DNA from: an uncultured Gemmatimonadota bacterium
GTDB taxonomy: Bacteria > Gemmatimonadota > Gemmatimonadetes > Palauibacterales > Palauibacteraceae
NCBI GenBank assembly: GCA_964607465.1
Contig: CAZSKS010000001.1
Coordinates: forward strand, 44,420 to 108,419
Direction: 5' to 3'
Length of the DNA stretch: 64,000 nucleotides
Part shown: piece after piece, positions 1 to 8,317 of the stretch
How the letters are laid out: the number at the start of each line of letters is the position of its first letter
Numbering within the stretch: the first letter of the stretch is position 1
Made by a program: the position numbers and the translations under genes
Notes under the pieces: model-generated
What the model was told of the DNA's origin: nothing
The model's database searches: none
The model's input: only the letters and a program-made list of their open reading frames with translations

Positions 1-250
1 GGGCCAGGCGGTGGAGGGCGTCCATGCGGAAGATCATCTGGTCCAGGGATCCCCGGGGGATGAGCCGCACCGCGACCGCGTCGAGCCGGTCCAGGTCCTC
101 CGAGCCGGCGGACAGGCCGGGGGCGTTTCCGACCCGGGCCACCAGCTCGTCCACGGGGACCCGGACGACCTCCGCGCCGCGCTCCTCCAGGGCGGCCCGC
201 AGGCGACGGACGTGCCAGCCCCCGGAGGCGGAGAGGATGCCGACCTTCAC
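1..250 (-). CDS. RimK-family ATP-grasp ligase, N-terminal fragment (gene runs off the left edge); candidate tetrahydromethanopterin:L-glutamate ligase (MptN-like)
   Basis: My own minus-strand translation from GTG 250-248 gives VKVGILSASGGWHVRRLRAALEERGAEVVRVPVDELVARVGN...RLIPRGSLDQMIFRMDALHRLA, a RimK-type N-terminus. It is absent from the ORF track because it is truncated. It lies 15 nt downstream of the PCD gene on the same strand. Confidence 0.5.
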   Translation of the reverse strand, partial: MKVGILSASGGWHVRRLRAALEERGAEVVRVPVDELVARVGNAPGLSAGSEDLDRLDAVAVRLIPRGSLDQMIFRMDALHRLA

Positions 251-265
251 GGACCGGCGGCCGGG

Positions 266-634
266 CTACTCGTTCGACGCGCCCTGGACGAAGTCGTTGG
301 GGGTGCCCTCCAGCGCTCCCCCCGCCGGCGGGCGCCACAGGGCGGTCGCCTCGATCCTCCGGGCCATCTCCAGGTCCTTGTCGGTGATCCCGTCGGCGTG
401 GTGGGTACGGAGCCGGACCCACACCTTGCCCCACGTGACCGTGAGATCCGGGTGGTGGTAGCCGGCCTCGGCCACGAAGCCGACGGCGTTGACCAGCATC
501 ATCGTCGTCTGCCAGCCGTCGGTCTCGTACTCCCGGCGGATCCAGCCGTCCTCGAAGTACCAGTCCGAGAGCTCGTCCACGAGCTCCGACTGGAGCTCGT
601 CCTCGCCGTATTCCTTCAGCTCGTCCGCAGCCAT
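266..634 (-). CDS. pterin-4a-carbinolamine dehydratase (PCD/DCoH family)
   Basis: 122-aa ORF with ...FVAEAGYHHPDLTVTWGKVWVRLRTHHADGITDKDLEMARRIE, the PCD core motif. This family is commonly found in methanopterin gene islands. Confidence 0.8.
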   Translation of the reverse strand: MAADELKEYGEDELQSELVDELSDWYFEDGWIRREYETDGWQTTMMLVNAVGFVAEAGYHHPDLTVTWGKVWVRLRTHHADGITDKDLEMARRIEATALWRPPAGGALEGTPNDFVQGASNE

Positions 635-735
635 CGGCGCCTCCCGTGCTGAGTGGTCGTCCCGCGACGCTCGCCCCCGCGGAGCGCGGGTCGGCTATCT
701 CGTGGCTCTCCTCTGTTCCGCCCGCGGCTCGCCCG

Positions 736-1035
736 TCATCCCCCGTAGCCCAGGTACGGCTCGGTCCGCAGGCGGAGGTCCAGCGGGCGAAAACGGAGGA
801 CGTGCACGACCTCGATCTCCGAGCCGGACGCCTCGATCCGCGACTCCACCAGCTCCCAGTCCTCCGAGTCGCCGAGCCCCAGCTCGTCGAGCCGGGCTGC
901 CTCCCGGCGGCACACCTCGCCGGGCGTCGGGGGGGAGGCCGGATAGGCGTCCTCGTGGTGATCCACGAGGCGCTGCCAGTGCTCGTCCCCGGCGCGCTTC
1001 ACCGAGTCGCGGACGTCCTCGCGGCTGAACGACAT
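736..1035 (-). CDS. small acidic hypothetical protein (99 aa)
   Basis: The ORF composition is unlike the Arg/Pro-rich shadow frames (many D/E/H). It is co-oriented between the FDH membrane subunit and the PCD gene. I recognise no family. Confidence 0.4.
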   Translation of the reverse strand: MSFSREDVRDSVKRAGDEHWQRLVDHHEDAYPASPPTPGEVCRREAARLDELGLGDSEDWELVESRIEASGSEIEVVHVLRFRPLDLRLRTEPYLGYGG

Positions 1036-1168
1036 GTGCGACCTGCCGGCTGGATGACCGTCTCTGCGAGATGCCGGGCGGGCGGGTCGGTCCCGCCCCG
1101 CGGGCTCGACACGCCCGACGAGGCCCCGGCCCGCCCGCCGGCGCGGATCCGCCGGACCCCTTCGGCGC

Positions 1169-2242
1169 CTACCCGGCGTCCGGGCCCTCGCCCCGCTGCG
1201 CCGCCAGGGTGGCTTCCGGATCGACGCCCGACGCGCGGCCCGCCTCCAGCCACCCGTAGCGGCTGACGAGCGACCCGGCCAGGAAGGCGACCGCCGCCCC
1301 CGGCACCCAGCCTAGGAGCCGCAATATCAGCGCCAGCGGACCGGCCAGCACGCCCGACGTCCGGAGCAGGAGCCCGGACCGTCCCTCCCGCAGCGCCCGG
1401 TCCGCCGCCCCGTGACGGACCACCTCGAAGATCACCCCCACGACCGTCTCCAGCCCCGCCGCCGCCAGGCCCAGCGCGTTCAGGCCAGGCAGGCGGAAGC
1501 CGATCAGCTCGAGGAAGGCCGCCGCCGAGCCCAGGCCCGCCACGCCGAAGTGTACGGGCAGGGCCCGGCGGTGGGTGAACCAGGCGGGGATGGCCGTGGA
1601 GCCGACGAGGACGCCGGTGTAGGTGGCCAGCACCGACCCCGCGGCCGCCGCGCCGCCGGCCGCCAGGAGGAGGACCGCGCCGGGCGGGCCCGCACTCGCG
1701 CCGGCTCGGACGCTCCACTCCGTCAGCAGGGCCGCCGCCGTCGCCAGCCCGCCGAAAAGGCTCAGCGTCCACGCGCCCACCGACATGGGGGAGCGCCACT
1801 TGAAGACGCGCAGCATGTTGAGGAAGCGGAGGGGTCGGCCCAGGTCCAGGATCAGGAGGAGCGTCGACACCAGGCTGCCGCCCACCGCCGTCCACAGCGC
1901 GGCGCGGGGGAGGGCCTCGCCGGTCCCGAAGAGGATGGCCCCCAGGGCGATGACCGCCGACATCCCGGCCAGCCCGCCCACGAAGAAGTAGGCGGGGACC
2001 TCCCACGTCCACACCGGCGGCTTGACGATGGGGAGGCCGTAGTAGCCCGCGGCCTCGCTGTCGGAGGGGGGACGGTACCCGTCCGGCGCCCCGGAGGGCA
2101 CCGGACCGCCCACGACGTCCACGCCGTCGTCCTCGACGACCCCTTCCCGACGGGCCTCTTCCCGGAGCTCCTCCAGGCGCTCCTCCGACGCCCGGTCGGG
2201 CTCGCGGGGCGAGGGCGAGCCATGGTCCTTCTCGGCCGACAT
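1169..2242 (-). CDS. NrfD/PsrC-type polytopic membrane subunit of formate dehydrogenase
   Basis: YYGLPIVKPPVWTWEVPAYFFVGGLAGMS motif followed by multiple hydrophobic helices. It sits directly downstream of the Fe-S subunit and has an acidic cytoplasmic N-terminal extension. Confidence 0.75.
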   Translation of the reverse strand: MSAEKDHGSPSPREPDRASEERLEELREEARREGVVEDDGVDVVGGPVPSGAPDGYRPPSDSEAAGYYGLPIVKPPVWTWEVPAYFFVGGLAGMSAVIALGAILFGTGEALPRAALWTAVGGSLVSTLLLILDLGRPLRFLNMLRVFKWRSPMSVGAWTLSLFGGLATAAALLTEWSVRAGASAGPPGAVLLLAAGGAAAAGSVLATYTGVLVGSTAIPAWFTHRRALPVHFGVAGLGSAAAFLELIGFRLPGLNALGLAAAGLETVVGVIFEVVRHGAADRALREGRSGLLLRTSGVLAGPLALILRLLGWVPGAAVAFLAGSLVSRYGWLEAGRASGVDPEATLAAQRGEGPDAG

Positions 2243-2272
2243 CGACCGGCGACTGGCCTCCCTGCGGCCGGA

Positions 2273-3211
2273 TCAGACGAGGGCGAAGGCCAGCAGGGCG
2301 GCGGCCGTCGCCCCGAAGCTGGTGAGCAGGGCGGAGGTCCACGCGGAGCGCAGGTACTTCGTCGGCGCCTCGGGCTCGGGCGGGAAGCCGTAATCCTCCG
2401 GTTCCCCCAGGATGAGGAAGAACGCGTGGATCCCCTCCACGGAGGTGTCCGTCGGATCGTAGATCCGGGCGTCCTCCCAGCCCCGGTCCTCGAGCTCCTC
2501 CACCCGTACGGCGGCCCGCTCCTTCAGCTCGTCCAGCGGCCCGAACTGGATGGACTCGGTGGGGCAGGCCTTGGCGCAGGCCGGGGTGTAGCCCGCCGCC
2601 TGCCGGTCGTAGCAGAAGGTGCACTTGAACGCCCCCCCGGACCCGGGCAGGGGCTCGGGCCGGCGGTCGATGACGCCGAAGGGGCACCCGGTGACGCAGT
2701 AGCCGCACCCGTTGCACACGTCGTCCTGCACAAAGACGGCGCCGTTTTCGCCGCGCACGATGGCCCCCGTGGGACAGGCCTCAAGACAGCCCGCGTTCTC
2801 GCAGTGCTTGCAGACGTCGGAGACGAAGAGCCAGCGGAAGGCCTGGCCGTCCTCCGGGTCGACGGTCACCAGCGCCTCGCCGGGGGAGGGCTGCGAGGCC
2901 GCCCCGGTGCGGTCGTCCACCCGCTCCCCCTCCACCTCCAGGCCCGCGTCGGCTCCCCCGCCCGGGCGGTCCTGCTCCACGAACTTGACGTGGCGCCAGC
3001 TGGAGGCGCCCAGGGCGCCGGTGTGGTCGTAGGAGGTGCCGGACCACCGGAAGCCGTCGTCCGGCACCTGGTTCCACTCCTTGCAGGCCACCTCGCAGGC
3101 CTTGCAGCCGATGCACACCGTGGGGTCGGTGAAGAAGCCGACCTCGCGCCCCTCCTGCACGTGCCGGTGGCGTGCCTGGTTGGGGCTGTCGACGCCCTCG
3201 CCGATGGCCAT
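2273..3211 (-). CDS. formate dehydrogenase iron-sulfur (beta, FdnH-like) subunit
   Basis: Four ferredoxin-type Cys clusters (CIGCKACEVACKEWN, CKHCENAGCLEACP, CNGCGYCVTGCP, CTFCYDR...CAKACP) and a C-terminal hydrophobic anchor WTSALLTSFGATAAALLAFALV. Confidence 0.9.
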   Translation of the reverse strand: MAIGEGVDSPNQARHRHVQEGREVGFFTDPTVCIGCKACEVACKEWNQVPDDGFRWSGTSYDHTGALGASSWRHVKFVEQDRPGGGADAGLEVEGERVDDRTGAASQPSPGEALVTVDPEDGQAFRWLFVSDVCKHCENAGCLEACPTGAIVRGENGAVFVQDDVCNGCGYCVTGCPFGVIDRRPEPLPGSGGAFKCTFCYDRQAAGYTPACAKACPTESIQFGPLDELKERAAVRVEELEDRGWEDARIYDPTDTSVEGIHAFFLILGEPEDYGFPPEPEAPTKYLRSAWTSALLTSFGATAAALLAFALV

Positions 3212-3261
3212 CGGTCAGCACCTCCCGACCGGCGCCGAGCCGCGTCGCCGCTTCTCCGCCC

Positions 3262-6200
3262 TCATCCGCCCGCGGCGCCGGCGAGCGTTCCGGCGAGGTC
3301 GGTGTCGTCGGGCAGGGGGCCCGGCAGCACGTCGCACTGGACCACCTTGCCCTCGTGGATGTGCACGTTGGGCTCCGAGGAGATGGGGATCAGGTCGTTG
3401 ACCACGTCCCCCGTGACCTGGCCCTTGCTCCCCCAGTGGAAGGGCATGGCCACCTGGTGCACCGTGCGGCCGTCGATCTCCAGCGGACGGATGCGGCGCG
3501 TGGGGAGCGCCCGGGCTTCTGCCTCCCCCCGCATGGTGACGACGGTGACCCTGTCGCCCTTCTCGATGTCCAGCTCCTCCGCGAGCTCCGGGGAGAGCTC
3601 CACGAAGAGCTCGGGCTGCAGCTCGTTGAGGTGCGAGAGGGTGCGGCTCATTCCGCCGCCGGTGTGGTGCTCGGTCAGGCGGTAGGTGGTGAGAACGTAC
3701 GGGAACCTATCGTCGTCCGGGTCGGTGTACCGGTTGTCGTCGCGGCGGTACCAGTCCACCGACGGGTTGGTCTGCTGCTCGTACAGTGGGTTGTCCACCG
3801 GCGACTCCAGGGGCTCGTAGTGGGCCGGCAGCGGCCCGTCCTCCAGCCCCTCGGGGACGAAGAGCCATCCCAGGCCGTCGTCGTGGAGCACGAAGGGGGC
3901 GTCGCCGGGATGGGCGTCGGTGCCGGTGGCGCCGGCGGACGGCTCGTAGTCGGGCGGCTTGTGGGCCGGAAAGTCCGGCTCGTCCAGGCCGGTCCACTCG
4001 CCGGCCTCCTCGTCCCACCAGACCAGCTTCTTCTCCTCGCTCCAGGGCCGGCCGTCCGGACGCGCGCTGGCCCGGTTGTAGAGGATCCGGCGGTCGCCGG
4101 GCCACACCCACCCCCAGCCGTGGCCGTAGGGGCCCTCGGGGTCCCGCTGCAGTGCCCGGTTCACGCCATCGGGACCGTACACCCCGGAGTAGATCCAGCA
4201 CCCGCAGGCGGTGCTACCGTCGTCGCGCAGCTCCGGGATCCCCTCGATCTGGGCCCCGTGGTGGGGCCGGCCCCTGGCGTCCCGGTGGTGGACGGCCCCC
4301 GGCGGCCCGGCGCCTCCCCGGGCCGCGTCCGGGTCCTCGCAGCTGGCCCCGGGATCCGTGCGCCAGCCGTTGATCTCGGCCAGCACCGCCTCCATCTCGG
4401 GCTCGCCGTCCGCGGTCTCCGGGTACCACCAGTCCAGGGCCCGCAACGGCTCGTCACGCGGATCGTCCGAGGCCTCGGCCTTCGCCTTCAGCCGCCGGGC
4501 CAGCTGGTGGATGAACCAGGCGTCGCTCCGGGCCTCCCCGGGGGGATTTACGGCCTTCTCCCGCCACTGGAGCATACGCTGGGTCTGGGTGAAGGCCCCC
4601 TCCTTCTCCACGTGTCCCGCCGCCGGGAAGAGGAAGACCTCGGTGTCGATCTCCTCGGTGACGAGCTCGCCCTCCTCCACCTCGGGCGAGTCCTTCCAGA
4701 AGCTGGCCGGCTCGATCTCCTGGAGGTCGCGCACGACCAGCCAGTCCAGCTCCGCCAGCGCCTTTCGATGGAGGCTGGCGTTCTGTCCCCCCACCGAGGG
4801 GTTCTGCCCGATGATGAAGCAGCCCTCCACGTCGCCGTCGGCCATGTCCGTCCAGAAGGCGAAGTGGGAGTGGTCACCCGTGATCTTCGGGAGCCAGCCG
4901 TAGCCCCAGTCGTTCTCCGGCGTGGAGCGTTCCCCGTAGTACGCCTTGAGGAGGCTGACCATGTAGGCCGGGGTCTCGGCCCACACCCCGCCCCGCTTCG
5001 TGTGGTTCTCCAGGTATCCCTGCAGGTCCTCCTCCCCCTCTCCGGCCGCCGGCATGTCCAGGTAGCCCGGGAGGATGTCGTACAGCGTGGGGATGTCGGT
5101 GGAGCCCTGGATGGAGGCGTGGCCGCGCAGGGCGAGGATGCCGCCTCCCGGCCGGCCGACGTTGCCCAGCAGGAGCTGCAGGATGGCGGCGGTGCGGATC
5201 ACCTGCACGCCCTTGGAGTGCTGGGTCCAGCCCACGGCGTAGCAGATGGCCGACGTCCGGTCCGGGCTGGAGTTCTCGGTGAGCTCCCGGGCAATCCGGT
5301 GGAAGGTCTCCTCGGGGATCCCGGCCACGCGCTCCACCATCTCCGGCGTGTAGCGGGAGAAGTGGCGCTTCAGCACCTGGAACACGCAGCGGGGGTGCTC
5401 CAGGCTCGGATCGCGGCGCGGACCGGCCAGGTCGTCCCCCTCGTACATCCAGCTCGCGGTGTCGTAGCCGTCCCCGTCCTCGATCCACCCGGAGAACAGG
5501 CCGTCCAGCTCCTCGGTGTCGCCGAACGCCTCCTTGAGGACGACCGGCGCGTTGGTGTAGTGCCGGACGTATTCCTCGAAGTACAGGTCGTTCTCCAGGA
5601 CGTGGCGGATCAGCCCGCCCAGGAGGGCGATGTCGCCGCCGGCCCGGATGGGGGCCCAGACGTCGGACATGGCGCTGGTCCGGGAATAGCGGGGATCCAC
5701 GTGGATGACCGTGGCCCCCTCCTCCCGGGCCTTCGTCACCCACCGGAAGCCCACGGGGTGGGCCTCGGCCATGGAGGACCCCTGGATGAGGATGCAGTCG
5801 GCGTTGGCCAGGTCCTGCTGCGCGGTGGTGGCACCGCCGCGACCGAAGGAAGTGCCCAGACCGGGCACCGTGCTGCTGTGTCATATGCGGGCCTGGTTGG
5901 AGACGGCCACCATGCCGAGGCCGGCGGTGAAGAGCTTCTTGATCAGGTAGTTCTCCTCGTTGTCGAGGGTGGCGCCCCCGAGATGGGTGATGCCGGTGGT
6001 ATGGCCGATCCGCTCGCCGTCCTCCGCCTCGACAAAGGTCCTCTTCCGGGACTCCCACACGCGGTCCGCCACCATGTCCATGGCCGTGTGGAGGTCGATC
6101 TCCTGCCACTCCGTCCCGTTGGGGGGGCGGTACCTGACCTTCTCGAGGCGGGAGGGGTTGGTCAGCAGCTGGTAGGAGGCCGATCCCTTGGGGCAGAGGG

Positions 6201-6447
6201 TCCCCTGGTTGACGGGGCTCTCCGGATCACCCTCGATCGCCAGGAGCTCGCCGTCTTCGTGATAGACGAGCTGACCGCAGCCGACGCCGCAGTACGGGCA
6301 GACCGACCGGGACACCTCGGCGTCGTCGTGTCGCGCCGAGAGCTGCCGGGTCCGGGGGGACATCGCCTCCGTGCCCGTGCCGTCCCCCCCCTCGCGAAGC
6401 TGGCGGAGGACCGGCCACTCCCGCATCCATTCGGGCAACAGGGACAA
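3262..6447 (-). CDS. formate dehydrogenase catalytic (alpha) subunit, molybdopterin oxidoreductase, selenocysteine-containing (TGA at 5883-5881 read as Sec)
   Basis: ORFs 5881-6447 and 3262-5868 share one frame and are separated only by one TGA. Read-through gives ...AVSNQARI-U-HSSTVPGLGTSFGRGGATT..., the FdnG/FdhF Sec active-site context. The N-terminus has a CPYCGVGCG 4Fe-4S motif. The start (TTG 6447 or ATG 6426) is uncertain. Confidence 0.9.
5852..5883 (-). promoter_or_regulatory. bacterial SECIS element (UGA plus downstream hairpin)
   Basis: The mRNA reads UGA CAC AGC AGC ACG GUG CCC GGU CUG GGC AC. A GUGCCC/GGGCAC stem (5868-5863 / 5857-5852) closes a GGUCU loop. Counting from the U of UGA, the loop G-G-U-C occupies nt 22-25 and a U sits at position 17, the same register I recall for the E. 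coli fdhF SECIS. Confidence 0.75.
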
Positions 6448-6678
6448 CCGTCGTCGTACCCCCGGGATATCGGGCGTTCGCGGCCGCGGAGCACACGGCG
6501 CCGCGGATTCGGTGCGGCGGGCTCGAAGCCGATCGTCGGTCGCGACGGGCTCGCGCCTCCGTCGATCGGGCCGTCGATTCGAGTATAACGGACGCTCGAA
6601 AGCACCCTAAAACATGACGTCCCGGGGGGGTAAGTCCTCCCGTCATCGTTCGCCCCGCGCCGCGGTCGGCGGGCAGGG

Positions 6679-6707
6679 TGGATTCCAGCCGGGACCTCAC
6701 GTACAAT
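6679..6707 (+). promoter_or_regulatory. candidate sigma70-type promoter for fae (TGGATT-17-TACAAT)
   Basis: TGGATT at 6679-6684, a 17-nt spacer, then TACAAT at 6702-6707. It lies about 90 nt upstream of the fae ATG, which has a strong SD (GAAGGAGG). Confidence 0.3.
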
Positions 6708-6798
6708 GTAGCGTGCAATCCGGCTCCCGCCTCCGCACCGGAGTGGGAGGCGTTTCCGACCATCCTGTTTCCATTCCATCGGCCGAAGGAGGCACCTG

Positions 6799-7314
6799 AT
6801 GAGCGACGTGATGAAGGTGGGCGAGGCCCTCGTGGGGGGCGACGACAACGAGGTCGCGCACATCGACCTGATCCTGGGCCCCAAGGACGGACCCGTCGGC
6901 GACGCCTTCGCCAACACGCTCTCCCGACAGACCGAGGGCCACAACGCGCTCCTCGCGGTGGTCGAGCCCAACCTGCCCGCGAAGCCCGACACGGTGATGT
7001 TCAACAAGGTCACCATCGAGGGCGGCAAGCAGGCCGTGCAGATGTTCGGTCCGGCCCAGGCCGCCGTCGCCCGGGCGGTGGTGGACTCGGTGGAGGACGG
7101 CACGATCCCCCGGAACCAGGTGGACGACCTGGCCGTCGTCGTCGGCGTCTTCATCCACTGGGAGGCCGAGGACGACCAGAAGATCTTCGACTACAACTAC
7201 GAGGCGACGAAGCTCTCGATCGAGCGCGCCATGGCCGAGGATCCGAAGGTCGGCGACGTGATCGCGGGCAAGGCGCAGGCCCGGCATCCCTTCGGCGGAG
7301 GCACCGAGGGCTGA
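6799..7314 (+). CDS. fae: formaldehyde-activating enzyme
   Basis: [28 protein letters not shown]...[23 protein letters not shown]...[14 protein letters not shown]...[30 protein letters not shown] matches Fae almost motif for motif. Confidence 0.95.
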   Translation: MSDVMKVGEALVGGDDNEVAHIDLILGPKDGPVGDAFANTLSRQTEGHNALLAVVEPNLPAKPDTVMFNKVTIEGGKQAVQMFGPAQAAVARAVVDSVEDGTIPRNQVDDLAVVVGVFIHWEAEDDQKIFDYNYEATKLSIERAMAEDPKVGDVIAGKAQARHPFGGGTEG

Positions 7315-7366
7315 GCCAGCCGGAAGCGCGGCGGATCATCCCACACAGCCGACAGGCGTGCTAACC

Positions 7367-7394
7367 GGGGGGCGGCGGCTTCCCGCCGCCCCCC
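7367..7394 (+). terminator. GC hairpin after fae (attenuator or partial terminator)
   Basis: GGGGGGCGGCGG (7367-7378), loop CTTC, then CCGCCGCCCCCC (7383-7394): a perfect 12-bp stem followed by pyrimidine-rich TCCTCCT. It lies between fae and mtdB. Confidence 0.55.
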
Positions 7395-7422
7395 TCCTCC
7401 TGATCGCCGGACACCGGAGAGC

Positions 7423-8280
7423 ATGGACAAGATCCTCCTGCAGCTGGACGTCGACGACGATCCCAGCAGCTTCGACCGCATCGTGGCGCACGACGCCGGG
7501 GCCGACCGGGTCCTCGCCTACGGGGGGATCGAGCCCTCGGACGTGGAATCCCTCGTCCACGGCGCCATCTTCACCCGGGGACCCGACCGACTCCACAACA
7601 CGGCGATCTTCGTGGGAGGATCCGACGTCCCCGCCGCGGAGGAGATCCTCGACCGGGTCCGTGAGACCTTCTTCGGCCCCTTCCGCGTGTCCGTCCTGCT
7701 GGACCCCAACGGGACCAACACCACCGCGGGGGCGGCGCTGGTGAAGGTCACCCGCACCCTGGGCGACCTCGAGGGCAAGAAGGCGGTGATCCTGGCCGGG
7801 ACCGGGGCGGTCGGCACCCGGGTGTGCGGCCTCCTGGCCGAAGCGGGGGCCGAGGTGATCCTCACGGGCCGGAACGAGTCCCGGGCGGAGGAGGAGGCCG
7901 AGACGGTCCGGGAGCGCTACGGGGGCTCCGTCCGGGGCGTGGCCGCGCCGGGGCCCGCCGACGTCGGCGAGCTGCTGGACGGCGTCCACATCCTGCTGGC
8001 CACCGGCCCGGAGGGGGTGGAGCTGGCGAAGGAGTCCGCCTGGTCCGACGCTCCCGACCTCGAGGTGGCGGGGGACGTGAACGCCGTCCCCCCCGTCGGG
8101 CTGGAGGGGATCGACCGCGAGGACGACGGCGAGGAGCGCCACGGGGTCGTCTGCTTCGGGGCCATCGGCATCGGCAACCTGAAGATGAAGCTCCACCACG
8201 CGGCGGTCGCCAGCCTCTTCGAGAGCAACGACGCCGTCCTGGACGCCGAGGCCGTGTACGAGCTGGCCGAGAGCCTGTAG
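7423..8280 (+). CDS. mtdB: NAD(P)-dependent methylene-tetrahydromethanopterin dehydrogenase (MtdA/MtdB family)
   Basis: LLQLDVDDDPSSFDRIVAHDAGADRVLAYGG...HNTAIFVGGSD...FFGPFRVSVLLDPNGTNTTAGAALV is the Mtd family signature. The A versus B assignment cannot be made by eye. Confidence 0.88.
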   Translation: MDKILLQLDVDDDPSSFDRIVAHDAGADRVLAYGGIEPSDVESLVHGAIFTRGPDRLHNTAIFVGGSDVPAAEEILDRVRETFFGPFRVSVLLDPNGTNTTAGAALVKVTRTLGDLEGKKAVILAGTGAVGTRVCGLLAEAGAEVILTGRNESRAEEEAETVRERYGGSVRGVAAPGPADVGELLDGVHILLATGPEGVELAKESAWSDAPDLEVAGDVNAVPPVGLEGIDREDDGEERHGVVCFGAIGIGNLKMKLHHAAVASLFESNDAVLDAEAVYELAESL

Positions 8281-8317
8281 TCAGCCGGCCGGAACGCCCC
8301 GAGTCGCTCCCGGCCGG

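Noticed and set aside
5868-5883. Reading the FDH alpha subunit as two genes or as a pseudogene broken by a stop codon.
   Set aside because: The break is a single TGA at exactly the conserved Sec/Cys active-site position. The frame continues, and a SECIS-like hairpin follows in the right register.
3172-6588. 1138-aa ORF on the plus strand covering the whole FDH alpha gene.
   Set aside because: It is antisense to a gene with unmistakable family motifs. Its translation is Arg/Gly/Pro/Val/Leu-rich low-information sequence, typical of stop-poor shadow frames in very GC-rich DNA.
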